The notes under the pieces: model-generated | What the model was told of the DNA's origin: nothing | Database searches by the model: none | What the model saw: the letters and a program-made list of their open reading frames with translations, nothing else | Source of the DNA: a virus | Lineage: Duplodnaviria > Caudoviricetes | IMG/VR virus record: IMGVR_UViG_3300020042_009136 | Location: 1 to 25,929 of that record | Strand: one strand, 5' to 3' | DNA: 25,929 nucleotides | Shown here: positions 1 through 7,605 of the stretch, one piece after another | Layout: every line of letters begins with the position of its first letter | Position numbering within the stretch: position 1 is the first letter of the stretch | Program-made: the position numbers and the translations under genes

Positions 1-160
1 AGGATCTACCCGGGGTTAAACACCCTTTACAGAAACATGATGCTAGGATTTTGATGTTGATCTTGCGCCTTAAGACTTAAATTTGAAACTTCAAATAGGT
101 AAAACTCAAATCTCAAGACTCGTTAGTGAAACTTTAATTTCCTCTCTTTTGATTTAAATT

Positions 161-232
161 GCTCGGTTCATCTATCGGTTAGGATGCTAGGTTTTCATCC
201 TAGAAAGAGGGGTTCGACTCCCCTACCGAGTA
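161..232 (+). tRNA. tRNA-Glu (anticodon TTC)
   Basis: Cloverleaf: acceptor GCTCGGT/ACCGAGT, anticodon stem CTAGG/CCTAG with loop TT-TTC-AT (anticodon 194-196), T arm AGGGG-TTCGACT-CCCCT; CCA not encoded (followed by CTA). Confidence 0.95.
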
Positions 233-237
233 CTATT

Positions 238-311
238 GGACCTTTAGCTCAGTTGGTTAGAGCACCGCACTCATAATGCGAGGGTCACAGGTTCAAGTCC
301 TGTAGGGTCCA
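238..311 (+). tRNA. tRNA with CAT anticodon, most likely tRNA-Ile2 (lysidine-modified) rather than Met
   Basis: Acceptor GGACCTT/AGGGTCC, D arm GCTC-AGTTGGTTA-GAGC, loop CT-CAT-AA (anticodon 272-274), T arm ACAGG-TTCAAGT-CCTGT. The GGACCTTTAGCTCAGTTGGTTAGAGCA 5' half and C4-G69/C5-G68 pairs are typical of bacterial Ile2; no initiator GGG/CCC anticodon stem. CCA not encoded. Confidence 0.88.
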
Positions 312-334
312 CAAAATCGTTTTTATATTTTTTC

Positions 335-344
335 ATATTTATAA
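335..344 (+). promoter_or_regulatory. Putative phage late promoter ATATTTATAA
   Basis: Exact 10-mer repeated in five intergenic gaps; 8 nt before ATG at 353. Confidence 0.7.
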
Positions 345-352
345 TTGTTCAT

Positions 353-2245
353 ATGAAAAATTTATTATTTACTCTGGTCTTGGGGTTATTATCTTTAACC
401 TCTTTCGCCCAATCTTACTCTACCTCCCCAGGTACAGGTCATTGGGTAGTCGTTGATTCGGGCTATCAAGTAGGTACCTCAACAGCAGGTAATACTGTAG
501 CTCCTCTTTATTTTCACAACACCTTAACTAGTGAGAAGATTACAGGTCTTCAATTTAGATTGTTTTATGATAATACAGCTTTTACTGCTGTGGTTCCGTC
601 GTTAAAAATATCTGCTACTGATCAATATTTGCAGTACGTAGATAATAAAACTAACGGTTATTTAACGGTTACTGTTGTCTATACTGGCACCAGTTCAACA
701 TTTAGCTACTCCACTGGTGCAACGTTTGATTTAACGTTTACACACGCTTCTGCAGCTACTTGGAACACTTTAGACAGTATTAAAACCCTTAAAGTTACTG
801 GTGCATTTGGTTTTTCAAACAAAGCAGCTACAAACTGGGGTAATGATACTACATTAGTCGTTTATTCTTATGGTGGTCGATTTAACCAAAAATTACTTCG
901 ATTTGCTGCTAAGTTTAAAAACGTAACAGGTTCAGATGCTAAAAACTTAACTGTTAGTTTAGAGAAAAAACCTAAATCAGGTGGTTCTTGGACTCAAGTA
1001 GCTACAGGTAAAACAAATAGTTCTGGTGTTGTTGTATTACGTAAGTTGTTAGATACAACTTATTGGGATGTTCGAATGACAGTTAAAGGAGATACAATGA
1101 CTCCTGGTAATGTTATTTCAACTGCTGATGCTCAGAAAGTAAATCAAGCTATTTTAGCTCAATACACTCCTGTAGGGTTTGATTATTATACAATGGATGT
1201 AAACGGACATACAGGTGATATTACTGTTGCTGATGTTTATTCTGTTTACGGACGTTTAGCAGGTAGATTTAGTGCTTGGCCTAACTCACAAAAAGATGTT
1301 TGGTTCTTTACTAAATCACAATATGATTCTATTAACGGAAATTCTACAAACTATGTAACTTCTAAACCGGGTGTTAATAACTTTACATACACTATCAATG
1401 GTAAAGATTCTATTACTTATTGGGTAGCAGTTAAAGGTGATGCTAACGCAACAGGATTTAAAATGGCTCGTTTAACACCTATTAAGATTATTAACCAATC
1501 AAACGCTAAAAGCTACATTATTGACAACACTGTTTCTTACGATAATGTAACTGAAACTATTGAAGTTAATATGCCTAAAATTAAGGTAGATGATGGTAAC
1601 TTAGTAAACGTACCTGTTAAAATGTTAACCAATGGCAAGCAATTAGGTGCTTTACAATTAGAATTAAAATACGATACAGCATTATTAGAGTTTAAGAAAA
1701 TTGATTTGTCTGAAAAAATGATAAATTGGACTTCTTATACTAACCCTGATAATGGTGTTGTTGCTTTTGGTGCTGCTGATTTGACTAATAAAAATTTAGT
1801 TAGCGATGGTGAACAAGTATTCAACATCCAGTTCTTTGCTAAAAAACCTCAAGACAGTTGGGCTACAGCCGCTATTTGGACAGGACCTAAATACGTTGGA
1901 GGTAATGATTCTCGTGATATGAATATTACTCCTGCTATGGGTATTGTTGAGGTTCGTAGAATTAAACAACCTATTAATGTAAATGATTTAAGTGATATTA
2001 TTGTATTCCCAAATCCAAATGATGGTGAGGTTTGTGTTCAATTTAAAGTTAATAATGATTCACAAACTGAAATTGCTGTAACAGATATGGTAGGTAGAAA
2101 AGTATTAGAAGTATTAAATACTAAAATGCCACGTGGAAATTACAAATATTTAGTTAATTTAACTCAATTATCTGATGGATTTTATTTAATGTCTATTAAA
2201 ACAGATACACAAATTTCTACCTCTAAAATAATTATAAATAAATAA
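353..2245 (+). CDS. Secreted T9SS type-A CTD protein with two cohesin-like domains and a central dockerin/EF-hand-like module
   Basis: Sec signal (MKNLLFTLVLGLLSLTSFA/Q); cohesin-like motifs ITGLQFRLFYD and VNVPV..LGALQLELKYD; Ca-binding loop DVNGHTGDITVADV; C-terminal VFPNP..VTDMVGRKV..LSDGFYLM..KIII typical of Por secretion CTD. Confidence 0.85.
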   Translation: MKNLLFTLVLGLLSLTSFAQSYSTSPGTGHWVVVDSGYQVGTSTAGNTVAPLYFHNTLTSEKITGLQFRLFYDNTAFTAVVPSLKISATDQYLQYVDNKTNGYLTVTVVYTGTSSTFSYSTGATFDLTFTHASAATWNTLDSIKTLKVTGAFGFSNKAATNWGNDTTLVVYSYGGRFNQKLLRFAAKFKNVTGSDAKNLTVSLEKKPKSGGSWTQVATGKTNSSGVVVLRKLLDTTYWDVRMTVKGDTMTPGNVISTADAQKVNQAILAQYTPVGFDYYTMDVNGHTGDITVADVYSVYGRLAGRFSAWPNSQKDVWFFTKSQYDSINGNSTNYVTSKPGVNNFTYTINGKDSITYWVAVKGDANATGFKMARLTPIKIINQSNAKSYIIDNTVSYDNVTETIEVNMPKIKVDDGNLVNVPVKMLTNGKQLGALQLELKYDTALLEFKKIDLSEKMINWTSYTNPDNGVVAFGAADLTNKNLVSDGEQVFNIQFFAKKPQDSWATAAIWTGPKYVGGNDSRDMNITPAMGIVEVRRIKQPINVNDLSDIIVFPNPNDGEVCVQFKVNNDSQTEIAVTDMVGRKVLEVLNTKMPRGNYKYLVNLTQLSDGFYLMSIKTDTQISTSKIIINK

Positions 2246-2246
2246 C

Positions 2247-2567
2247 ATGTCAGAAGAAAAAGAAGAAGGCGTAATGTCAGCAACCAAAAAAGCAATTATT
2301 GGTGCTATCACTACAGCAGTTACAGCCGGCGGTGCCTGGTTTGCAACCCACTTAGGCGGTGGTGAAGAGCCTAAAGATGAAGCTAAAACAGAACAAGCTA
2401 GTCCTGCGGCAGCAGCACCTGTTGTAATTAATGTTCAACAAAGTCAAGAAAACAAGCAACAAGTTAAGCAAGGTGGAGGTACAAACACAATCATTAGAGA
2501 ACGTGTAACTGAAAAACCTGCTGCTCCCGCTACTAAACCTGAACCAAAAGACGAAGAACCATGGTAA
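2247..2567 (+). CDS. Small membrane-anchored protein with Pro/Ala/Gln-rich disordered C-terminus
   Basis: Hydrophobic segment AIIGAITTAVTAGGAWFA, then low-complexity tail ending DEEPW; tightly packed in operon. Confidence 0.75.
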   Translation: MSEEKEEGVMSATKKAIIGAITTAVTAGGAWFATHLGGGEEPKDEAKTEQASPAAAAPVVINVQQSQENKQQVKQGGGTNTIIRERVTEKPAAPATKPEPKDEEPW

Positions 2568-3247
2568 AAAATATTTTAGTTGCTTTATTATTAGTTATTT
2601 TAGTTGGATGTGGTTCAATGTCTACTACAACTGAAAAAGATGTAATTGAAAAAGCCGACATTTCTACTGTATCTGGTTATACTGATTCTATCAAGAAAAC
2701 AGTTCAAGTAGTTAATGTTGATATGACTAAACTTTTTGCCTTATATCCAGCACTTCAAGAAAAGAATGTTGGATTAGGTTTTGCTGAATCCGTATTAGAT
2801 TATTTAGATGAAACGAATCGCTTTGTATTTACTGAAGAGAAGGCTGAGATCAAGGAGAGGATGGTAACTCAATTTAAGGCCTCTAAAAAAGGTGTTTTTG
2901 AAGAACCAATTGATGGTAAAGGAAAGATTAAAGCAGCTCAATATTTTGTATATGTTACTGTAGCAGATTTTGCTGTAGATGAAGATGAAACAGTAATGAA
3001 AGGTAAGTCAACAGTAGTTGTAACAACTTTTATTCGTCTACAAGTAAGATTTGTTGATGCTAAAACAGGACAAATATATATTGGTTCTGGTGAGGGTGAG
3101 TCACAAAAAGTAGGTGAATCATTCCTTAAAAATCTTGATATGAAGTTTTCTCAAAGTACCGTAGGTAAAGCAACTCGTAAATCGTTAGAAACGGCGTGTA
3201 CCAAAGTAATTGGGAGCTTAATCAACAATGGTATCTTTACAAAATAA
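2561..3247 (+). CDS. CsgG/HfaB-family-like lipoprotein
   Basis: Lipobox LVILVG-C; helix GLGFAESVLDYLDETNRFVFTE, strand IRLQVRFVDAKTGQI, GEGES motif and terminal helix VGKATRKSLE match the CsgG-type alpha/beta fold. Confidence 0.78.
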   Translation: MVKNILVALLLVILVGCGSMSTTTEKDVIEKADISTVSGYTDSIKKTVQVVNVDMTKLFALYPALQEKNVGLGFAESVLDYLDETNRFVFTEEKAEIKERMVTQFKASKKGVFEEPIDGKGKIKAAQYFVYVTVADFAVDEDETVMKGKSTVVVTTFIRLQVRFVDAKTGQIYIGSGEGESQKVGESFLKNLDMKFSQSTVGKATRKSLETACTKVIGSLINNGIFTK

Positions 3248-4658
3248 AATATTATTAATTTTTATGTTAATTGGACTGCCTCTCTTGGGGCAGTCCTTTA
3301 CTTATAGTTATATAGACCCGTGTACTCGCGCGACAAAAGTTATTTACGCCGATATGAGTGCTCCTGTTGTTATCGCGTATTATGGACAGGTAAAAACGTT
3401 TACTTACGCACAATTAAGTGACGGTACGTTTGATGCTTGGATTAACAATATTTATACCCAGTACAAAACAACCTCACCTTGTCAGGGGGTAGTTACTACT
3501 ACAACAACTACAACATCCACAAACACAGTTTCAAACCTTATAGGTAATGTAACAAGTTTAGTAAGTTTAGATTTTTCCTCTGTAACAGGAGGTGTATCTG
3601 GGGGTGTAGGAACAAATGTAGGAGGAACTACATCCTCAGGAACAGGAAGTATTAAAACAAATAAAAAAGATGGTGATAATAATTCTAATAATAGTGCTTC
3701 TAGTGGTAGTAGTGGATCTACTTCTAACGAGGGAGGAAACCAAACGGGAGAAAATGGAGGAAATCCACCAGAAAATCAAGGCGGGTCTGTGGGATCCGGA
3801 GGAGAAGGAGGAGGAGCAGTAGGTGGAAACTCTAGTTCAGGCAATAGTTCTAATTCTTCTAGTGGTTCCAGTGGTTCTGGTTCTGGGTCCGGCACTAGTA
3901 ATGATCAACCAAAAACAGAAACAGAAAAACCATCGGACCAAAAAGTAGAAGATACTAAAACCGAAACACAAAAATCATCATCAAGCGCTACTGCAAAAGC
4001 AGCAGGTAAAGGTAAAGTTGAAACCCAAAAACCAGCTATCTTAATGACAGGAGATATTGTTGGGGTTCAAACTAAATCTGATGGAGCTCAAGATGCAAGA
4101 GGTACTATGTCTTTTACTAAAGTTAAAGGGGACGGTACTGCCTCGATAGGTTTTTCAGCTGATTATATGGTTAATGCTAAAATAGGTAATATTTCGGCTG
4201 TACGTTCTTGGATTGGTTCTAATAATAAAGGTAATAAACATATTAATGTTGTTTCGGATGGACTAAGTATTATGCCAGATGCATTATCTAATACTTTATT
4301 ATTTGTTAGAGTAAATTCAATTAAAAACTTTACTGCTTTGTATGGTGGTGCTGCAACTTATGGTAAGTTATATGGTGAGGAAATGATTTCAACTATTGCT
4401 ATTGGAGGTTTTATGTATAAAGGTAAGTTAGGAAAAGCAGTAGATGCTACAATTATTATGGCAGGTATTTATTCTCCTTACTCTAAATTCTATACAGAAT
4501 CAATTTTTGAATCAAAACCTATTGTAATACCTTTTTTAAATCTAAATTACAAATTAACTAAAACTTTTGGTGTTGGATTAACAGGTGGAGGTACTTATAT
4601 AGCAGGGCAAGATATTTTAAATTTTCAAGTATTAATGGGTGCTAAGTTAAAAATATGA
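3228..4658 (+). CDS. Secreted protein: Cys-paired N-domain, Thr/Ser/Gly-rich linker, C-terminal probable outer-membrane beta-barrel
   Basis: Signal-like ILLIFMLIGLPLLG/Q; DPC..SPC cysteine pair; long low-complexity linker; alternating amphipathic strands ending LNFQVLMGAKLKI. Confidence 0.65.
   Translation: MVSLQNKILLIFMLIGLPLLGQSFTYSYIDPCTRATKVIYADMSAPVVIAYYGQVKTFTYAQLSDGTFDAWINNIYTQYKTTSPCQGVVTTTTTTTSTNTVSNLIGNVTSLVSLDFSSVTGGVSGGVGTNVGGTTSSGTGSIKTNKKDGDNNSNNSASSGSSGSTSNEGGNQTGENGGNPPENQGGSVGSGGEGGGAVGGNSSSGNSSNSSSGSSGSGSGSGTSNDQPKTETEKPSDQKVEDTKTETQKSSSSATAKAAGKGKVETQKPAILMTGDIVGVQTKSDGAQDARGTMSFTKVKGDGTASIGFSADYMVNAKIGNISAVRSWIGSNNKGNKHINVVSDGLSIMPDALSNTLLFVRVNSIKNFTALYGGAATYGKLYGEEMISTIAIGGFMYKGKLGKAVDATIIMAGIYSPYSKFYTESIFESKPIVIPFLNLNYKLTKTFGVGLTGGGTYIAGQDILNFQVLMGAKLKI
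3490..4030 (+). repeat. Low-complexity Thr/Ser/Gly/Asn-coding linker within CDS 3228..4658
   Basis: Encodes TTTTTTTS, SSGSSGS, GSGGEGGG, SSSSGSSGSGSGSG; codons are varied, so not a perfect DNA tandem repeat. Boundaries approximate. Confidence 0.8.
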
Positions 4659-5638
4659 GGTGGATTATTATTTTATTCTTTATTACTAATAATTTATTAG
4701 GTCAATTTACCTACTCAGGGTATCTTTATAATGCTAATGGTTCAGGAGCAAATAATGTAGCTGTAAAGTTATATAGAAGAACAAATCAAACAATTACGGG
4801 TTTTACTAACCAACAAAACTATAACGGACACTCTTACTACCGTTCTACAGGAGTAGCTAACTGGACTACAGCTAGAACTAACTGTTCTAATATGGGAGGT
4901 CACTTGGTAACCATCACAACATCAGGAGAACAAGGTTTTTTATACGCTTTATGGCCTTCAGGTTGGATTGGTTTAACTGATGAGGTAACAGAAGGGACTT
5001 GGAGATGGGTAACAGGAGAAACTTATTCTTATTCAAACTGGAATAACGGAGAACCAAACAACTCAGGCAATGAAGATTATGTACAGTTTGTATCTAATGG
5101 TAAATGGAATGATTTAAACAATGGTAGTAGTTTAGCTTATGTATTAGAGTTTGAGTATCTAGTAACAACTTCCTCTTGGACTTTATATAAAACAATATAT
5201 ACTAACTCTTCAGGCTATTATTCTATTTCTGAAGCTTATGATCCTTCAAAAGAATATTACATACAAATTGATGCTCCTACACGCATCCAAGCTTATACTA
5301 CTTCTGATATTCAAGCAGTCTCTAATGTTATTTTAGATAAAGTAGTTAAAAATGGTTTATCGTTTCATATGTTTGATGTTAATGATGACGGAAATATTTC
5401 CATAGCAGATAAGTATTATGTAGCCGCTAGAAAAGCAGGTATATTTTCAAGATGGAGAACAGCTCCTGATGTTAGAATTTTTACTACTACTCAATATAAT
5501 TCTATAAAAGCAGCTACAAGTAATGTTAGAGCCACTTACCCAGGTATTTCTTCTGTTACTACCTCTACATTAATATCAGGAGGAACACTTAATTATTACT
5601 TAATAGCACCTGGTTATGCTGGATCTGTTTCTTATTAA
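4655..5638 (+). CDS. Secreted C-type lectin domain protein with dockerin/EF-hand-like module
   Basis: Signal peptide; CTLD motifs NGHSYY, WTTARTNC..GGHLVTI, WIGLTD..EGTWRW, EPN, WND; Ca loop DVNDDGNISIAD; no T9SS CTD. Confidence 0.88.
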   Translation: MRWIIILFFITNNLLGQFTYSGYLYNANGSGANNVAVKLYRRTNQTITGFTNQQNYNGHSYYRSTGVANWTTARTNCSNMGGHLVTITTSGEQGFLYALWPSGWIGLTDEVTEGTWRWVTGETYSYSNWNNGEPNNSGNEDYVQFVSNGKWNDLNNGSSLAYVLEFEYLVTTSSWTLYKTIYTNSSGYYSISEAYDPSKEYYIQIDAPTRIQAYTTSDIQAVSNVILDKVVKNGLSFHMFDVNDDGNISIADKYYVAARKAGIFSRWRTAPDVRIFTTTQYNSIKAATSNVRATYPGISSVTTSTLISGGTLNYYLIAPGYAGSVSY

Positions 5639-5647
5639 TATTTATAA
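5638..5647 (+). promoter_or_regulatory. Putative phage late promoter ATATTTATAA
   Basis: Exact 10-mer in a 12-nt intergenic gap, 3 nt before ATG at 5651. Confidence 0.7.
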
Positions 5648-5650
5648 AAG

Positions 5651-6100
5651 ATGTTAAATTTTTTATTTCCTATATTATTAGCTTTAACACCTTCTGATAC
5701 TACAAAGGTAAGTGTTCACGTAAATAACGTTCAACACATCCAAAAAATTGGAGACAGAGACGTTACTTTTGGTGTTAAAGAAACTGTAGAAGAATTATTA
5801 ATTGAAAAAGGATATACCCCTGTTGACTCAGGAGTAGCATTTATTACTCAAGTAAATATAGATAGTATTTACTCCCCACAACAAATAGTAAATATAATGG
5901 GTCTACAATGGTTAAAGAAAGATTATTTTGTAGAAACTAGTATATGTATTGGAAATAGTTGTTTTAAATCAGTTGGTGTTAGAAAAACCTTTATTTTCGC
6001 CGCATTTTTAAATGTTGAAAATAATGAAGTTCCGTTAAACCGAAAGGCGTTCTCGAAAGCGTTACAAGAAAGTTTAACAAAAACAACAAAACAACTATAA
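5651..6100 (+). CDS. Secreted protein, probable compact CsgG-fold paralog
   Basis: Signal peptide; VTFGVKETVEELLIEKGY and terminal helix AFSKALQESL resemble the two helices of ORF 2561..3247. Confidence 0.6.
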   Translation: MLNFLFPILLALTPSDTTKVSVHVNNVQHIQKIGDRDVTFGVKETVEELLIEKGYTPVDSGVAFITQVNIDSIYSPQQIVNIMGLQWLKKDYFVETSICIGNSCFKSVGVRKTFIFAAFLNVENNEVPLNRKAFSKALQESLTKTTKQL

Positions 6101-6101
6101 T

Positions 6102-6365
6102 ATGAAAAATTTCTTTAAACAATTATTCGACGACAACAACTCAATCAATGAGAAAGCATTAGTAGGTTTTATAGCTTTCTTTATGCTTTGTATTGCCCTT
6201 ATTGTAGACCTAGTAACAGGCTATATGGGTACCGCTTTAGTACTTAACGAATTCATTTTTGATGGATTTATGGTAATTATTTTAGGTTCATTTGGTATCG
6301 CTTCGGTTGATAAATTTTTGAATAAAAAAGACAAACACGAAGAAGATAAAGATATAGAAGGATAA
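6102..6365 (+). CDS. Small two-TM membrane protein, holin/antiholin-like
   Basis: 87 aa, two hydrophobic helices, highly charged C-terminus, adjacent to endolysin. Confidence 0.6.
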   Translation: MKNFFKQLFDDNNSINEKALVGFIAFFMLCIALIVDLVTGYMGTALVLNEFIFDGFMVIILGSFGIASVDKFLNKKDKHEEDKDIEG

Positions 6366-6778
6366 TGAAATCTACGTTACTAGTTTTACTATTATCATTA
6401 ACCACAACCTGTGCTTTTGTGTGTAGCTACTTCGGTGGATTAGCTATAGATAACAGTGAGCAGTATTTGGCGGTTGTAGCGGTGGCTTTTATGGATGGGT
6501 TTTTTGGTATAGTTGCTGGTACGAAGAAAGAAGGTTTTAAAACCTATAAAGCATTAAAAGTATTAAAAACAACATTTACTTGGTTAGTTATATTAACAGT
6601 AATATTAATGGTTGAAATTGGATTTCCAGGCACATCCTGGCTCTCTGAAACTATTATAATACCATTTATAATATTCCAATTAGTTAGTGCTTTGAAAAAT
6701 GCTTCTAATTCAGGTTTTATTAAACATTCATTATTAAATACAATTTTAGAAAAAATTGATAAACATAAAGATAAATAA
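6365..6778 (+). CDS. Phage holin (holin-4-like)
   Basis: Several TM helices, D..G...G.KK..F motif, SALKNA..G C-terminal motif, directly upstream of endolysin. Confidence 0.72.
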   Translation: MKSTLLVLLLSLTTTCAFVCSYFGGLAIDNSEQYLAVVAVAFMDGFFGIVAGTKKEGFKTYKALKVLKTTFTWLVILTVILMVEIGFPGTSWLSETIIIPFIIFQLVSALKNASNSGFIKHSLLNTILEKIDKHKDK

Positions 6779-6780
6779 AT

Positions 6781-7605
6781 ATGCTATTAAAAAAAGGTGA
6801 TAACAATGAACAGGTAAAACAACTCCAAATTAAATTGGGGGTTGATCCTGTGGGTAACTTTGGTCCTAAAACCGAAGAGGCAGTTAAAAAATATCAAGCG
6901 GCTAATGGTTTATTTGCTGATGGTATAGTAGGAGATGGAACTTGGAATAAAATTATGGGTACAGCACCTGCTGCTACTCCTGCTCCAGCAGTTATTCCTC
7001 CTAGTTCATTTAAATTAGATAAATTAAAAGGACATATTCCAGATTCAGTAATTACTGCTATTCCTGATACTGCTGCTAAATTTAATATTACAAATGTTTT
7101 ACGTTTAGCTCATTTTCTTGCTCAAGCAGGACATGAATCAGGACAATTTAAAGCCACTTCAGAAAATTTAAATTATTCATCAAAAGGTTTATTGGGTATC
7201 TTTCCAAGATATTTCAATAATGCCACGGCTGAACAATATGCTCGTAAACCTGAAATGATTGCCTCTAAAGTATATGGAGGTAGAATGGGTAATGGAGCTG
7301 AGACTACTAAAGATGGATATAAATTTAGAGGTAGAGGATATATTCAATTAACAGGTAAAGATAACTATACTCAATTTGATAAGACAGTTCCTGAGGATAT
7401 TTTAGCTAATCCAGATTTAGTATCAGGTAAATATGCTTTAATGTCTGCTGCTTGGTTTTTTGATAAAAATAAACTATGGGGTATTTGTGATAAAGGAGCT
7501 GATCAAGCTACAGTAACAGCTGTTACAAAAAGAGTAAATGGTGGAACTATTGGTCTACCAGATCGTATTAAACATTTCAACGAATACTATAATTTATTAA
7601 AATAA
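6781..7605 (+). CDS. Endolysin: N-terminal peptidoglycan-binding domain plus GH19 catalytic domain
   Basis: LKKGD..VKQLQ..GNFGPKTEEAVKKYQ..GL.ADGIVG (PG_binding_1); AHFLAQAGHESG, FRGRGYIQLTGKDNY, VTKRVNGG (GH19). Confidence 0.95.
   Translation: MLLKKGDNNEQVKQLQIKLGVDPVGNFGPKTEEAVKKYQAANGLFADGIVGDGTWNKIMGTAPAATPAPAVIPPSSFKLDKLKGHIPDSVITAIPDTAAKFNITNVLRLAHFLAQAGHESGQFKATSENLNYSSKGLLGIFPRYFNNATAEQYARKPEMIASKVYGGRMGNGAETTKDGYKFRGRGYIQLTGKDNYTQFDKTVPEDILANPDLVSGKYALMSAAWFFDKNKLWGICDKGADQATVTAVTKRVNGGTIGLPDRIKHFNEYYNLLK

Noticed and set aside
238-311. tRNA-Met or fMet call for the CAT tRNA
   Set aside because: Paired G1-C72, no triple G-C anticodon stem, and Ile2-type acceptor and D-arm sequence.
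2561-3247. Complete curli (csg) operon
   Set aside because: No curlin-repeat subunits or recognisable CsgE/CsgF; only the fold-level resemblance is supported, so no gene symbol assigned.
4810-5155. DGR target (C-type lectin fold)
   Set aside because: Canonical EPN/WND lectin rather than a C-terminal DGR variable region; no reverse transcriptase or template repeat seen in the window.
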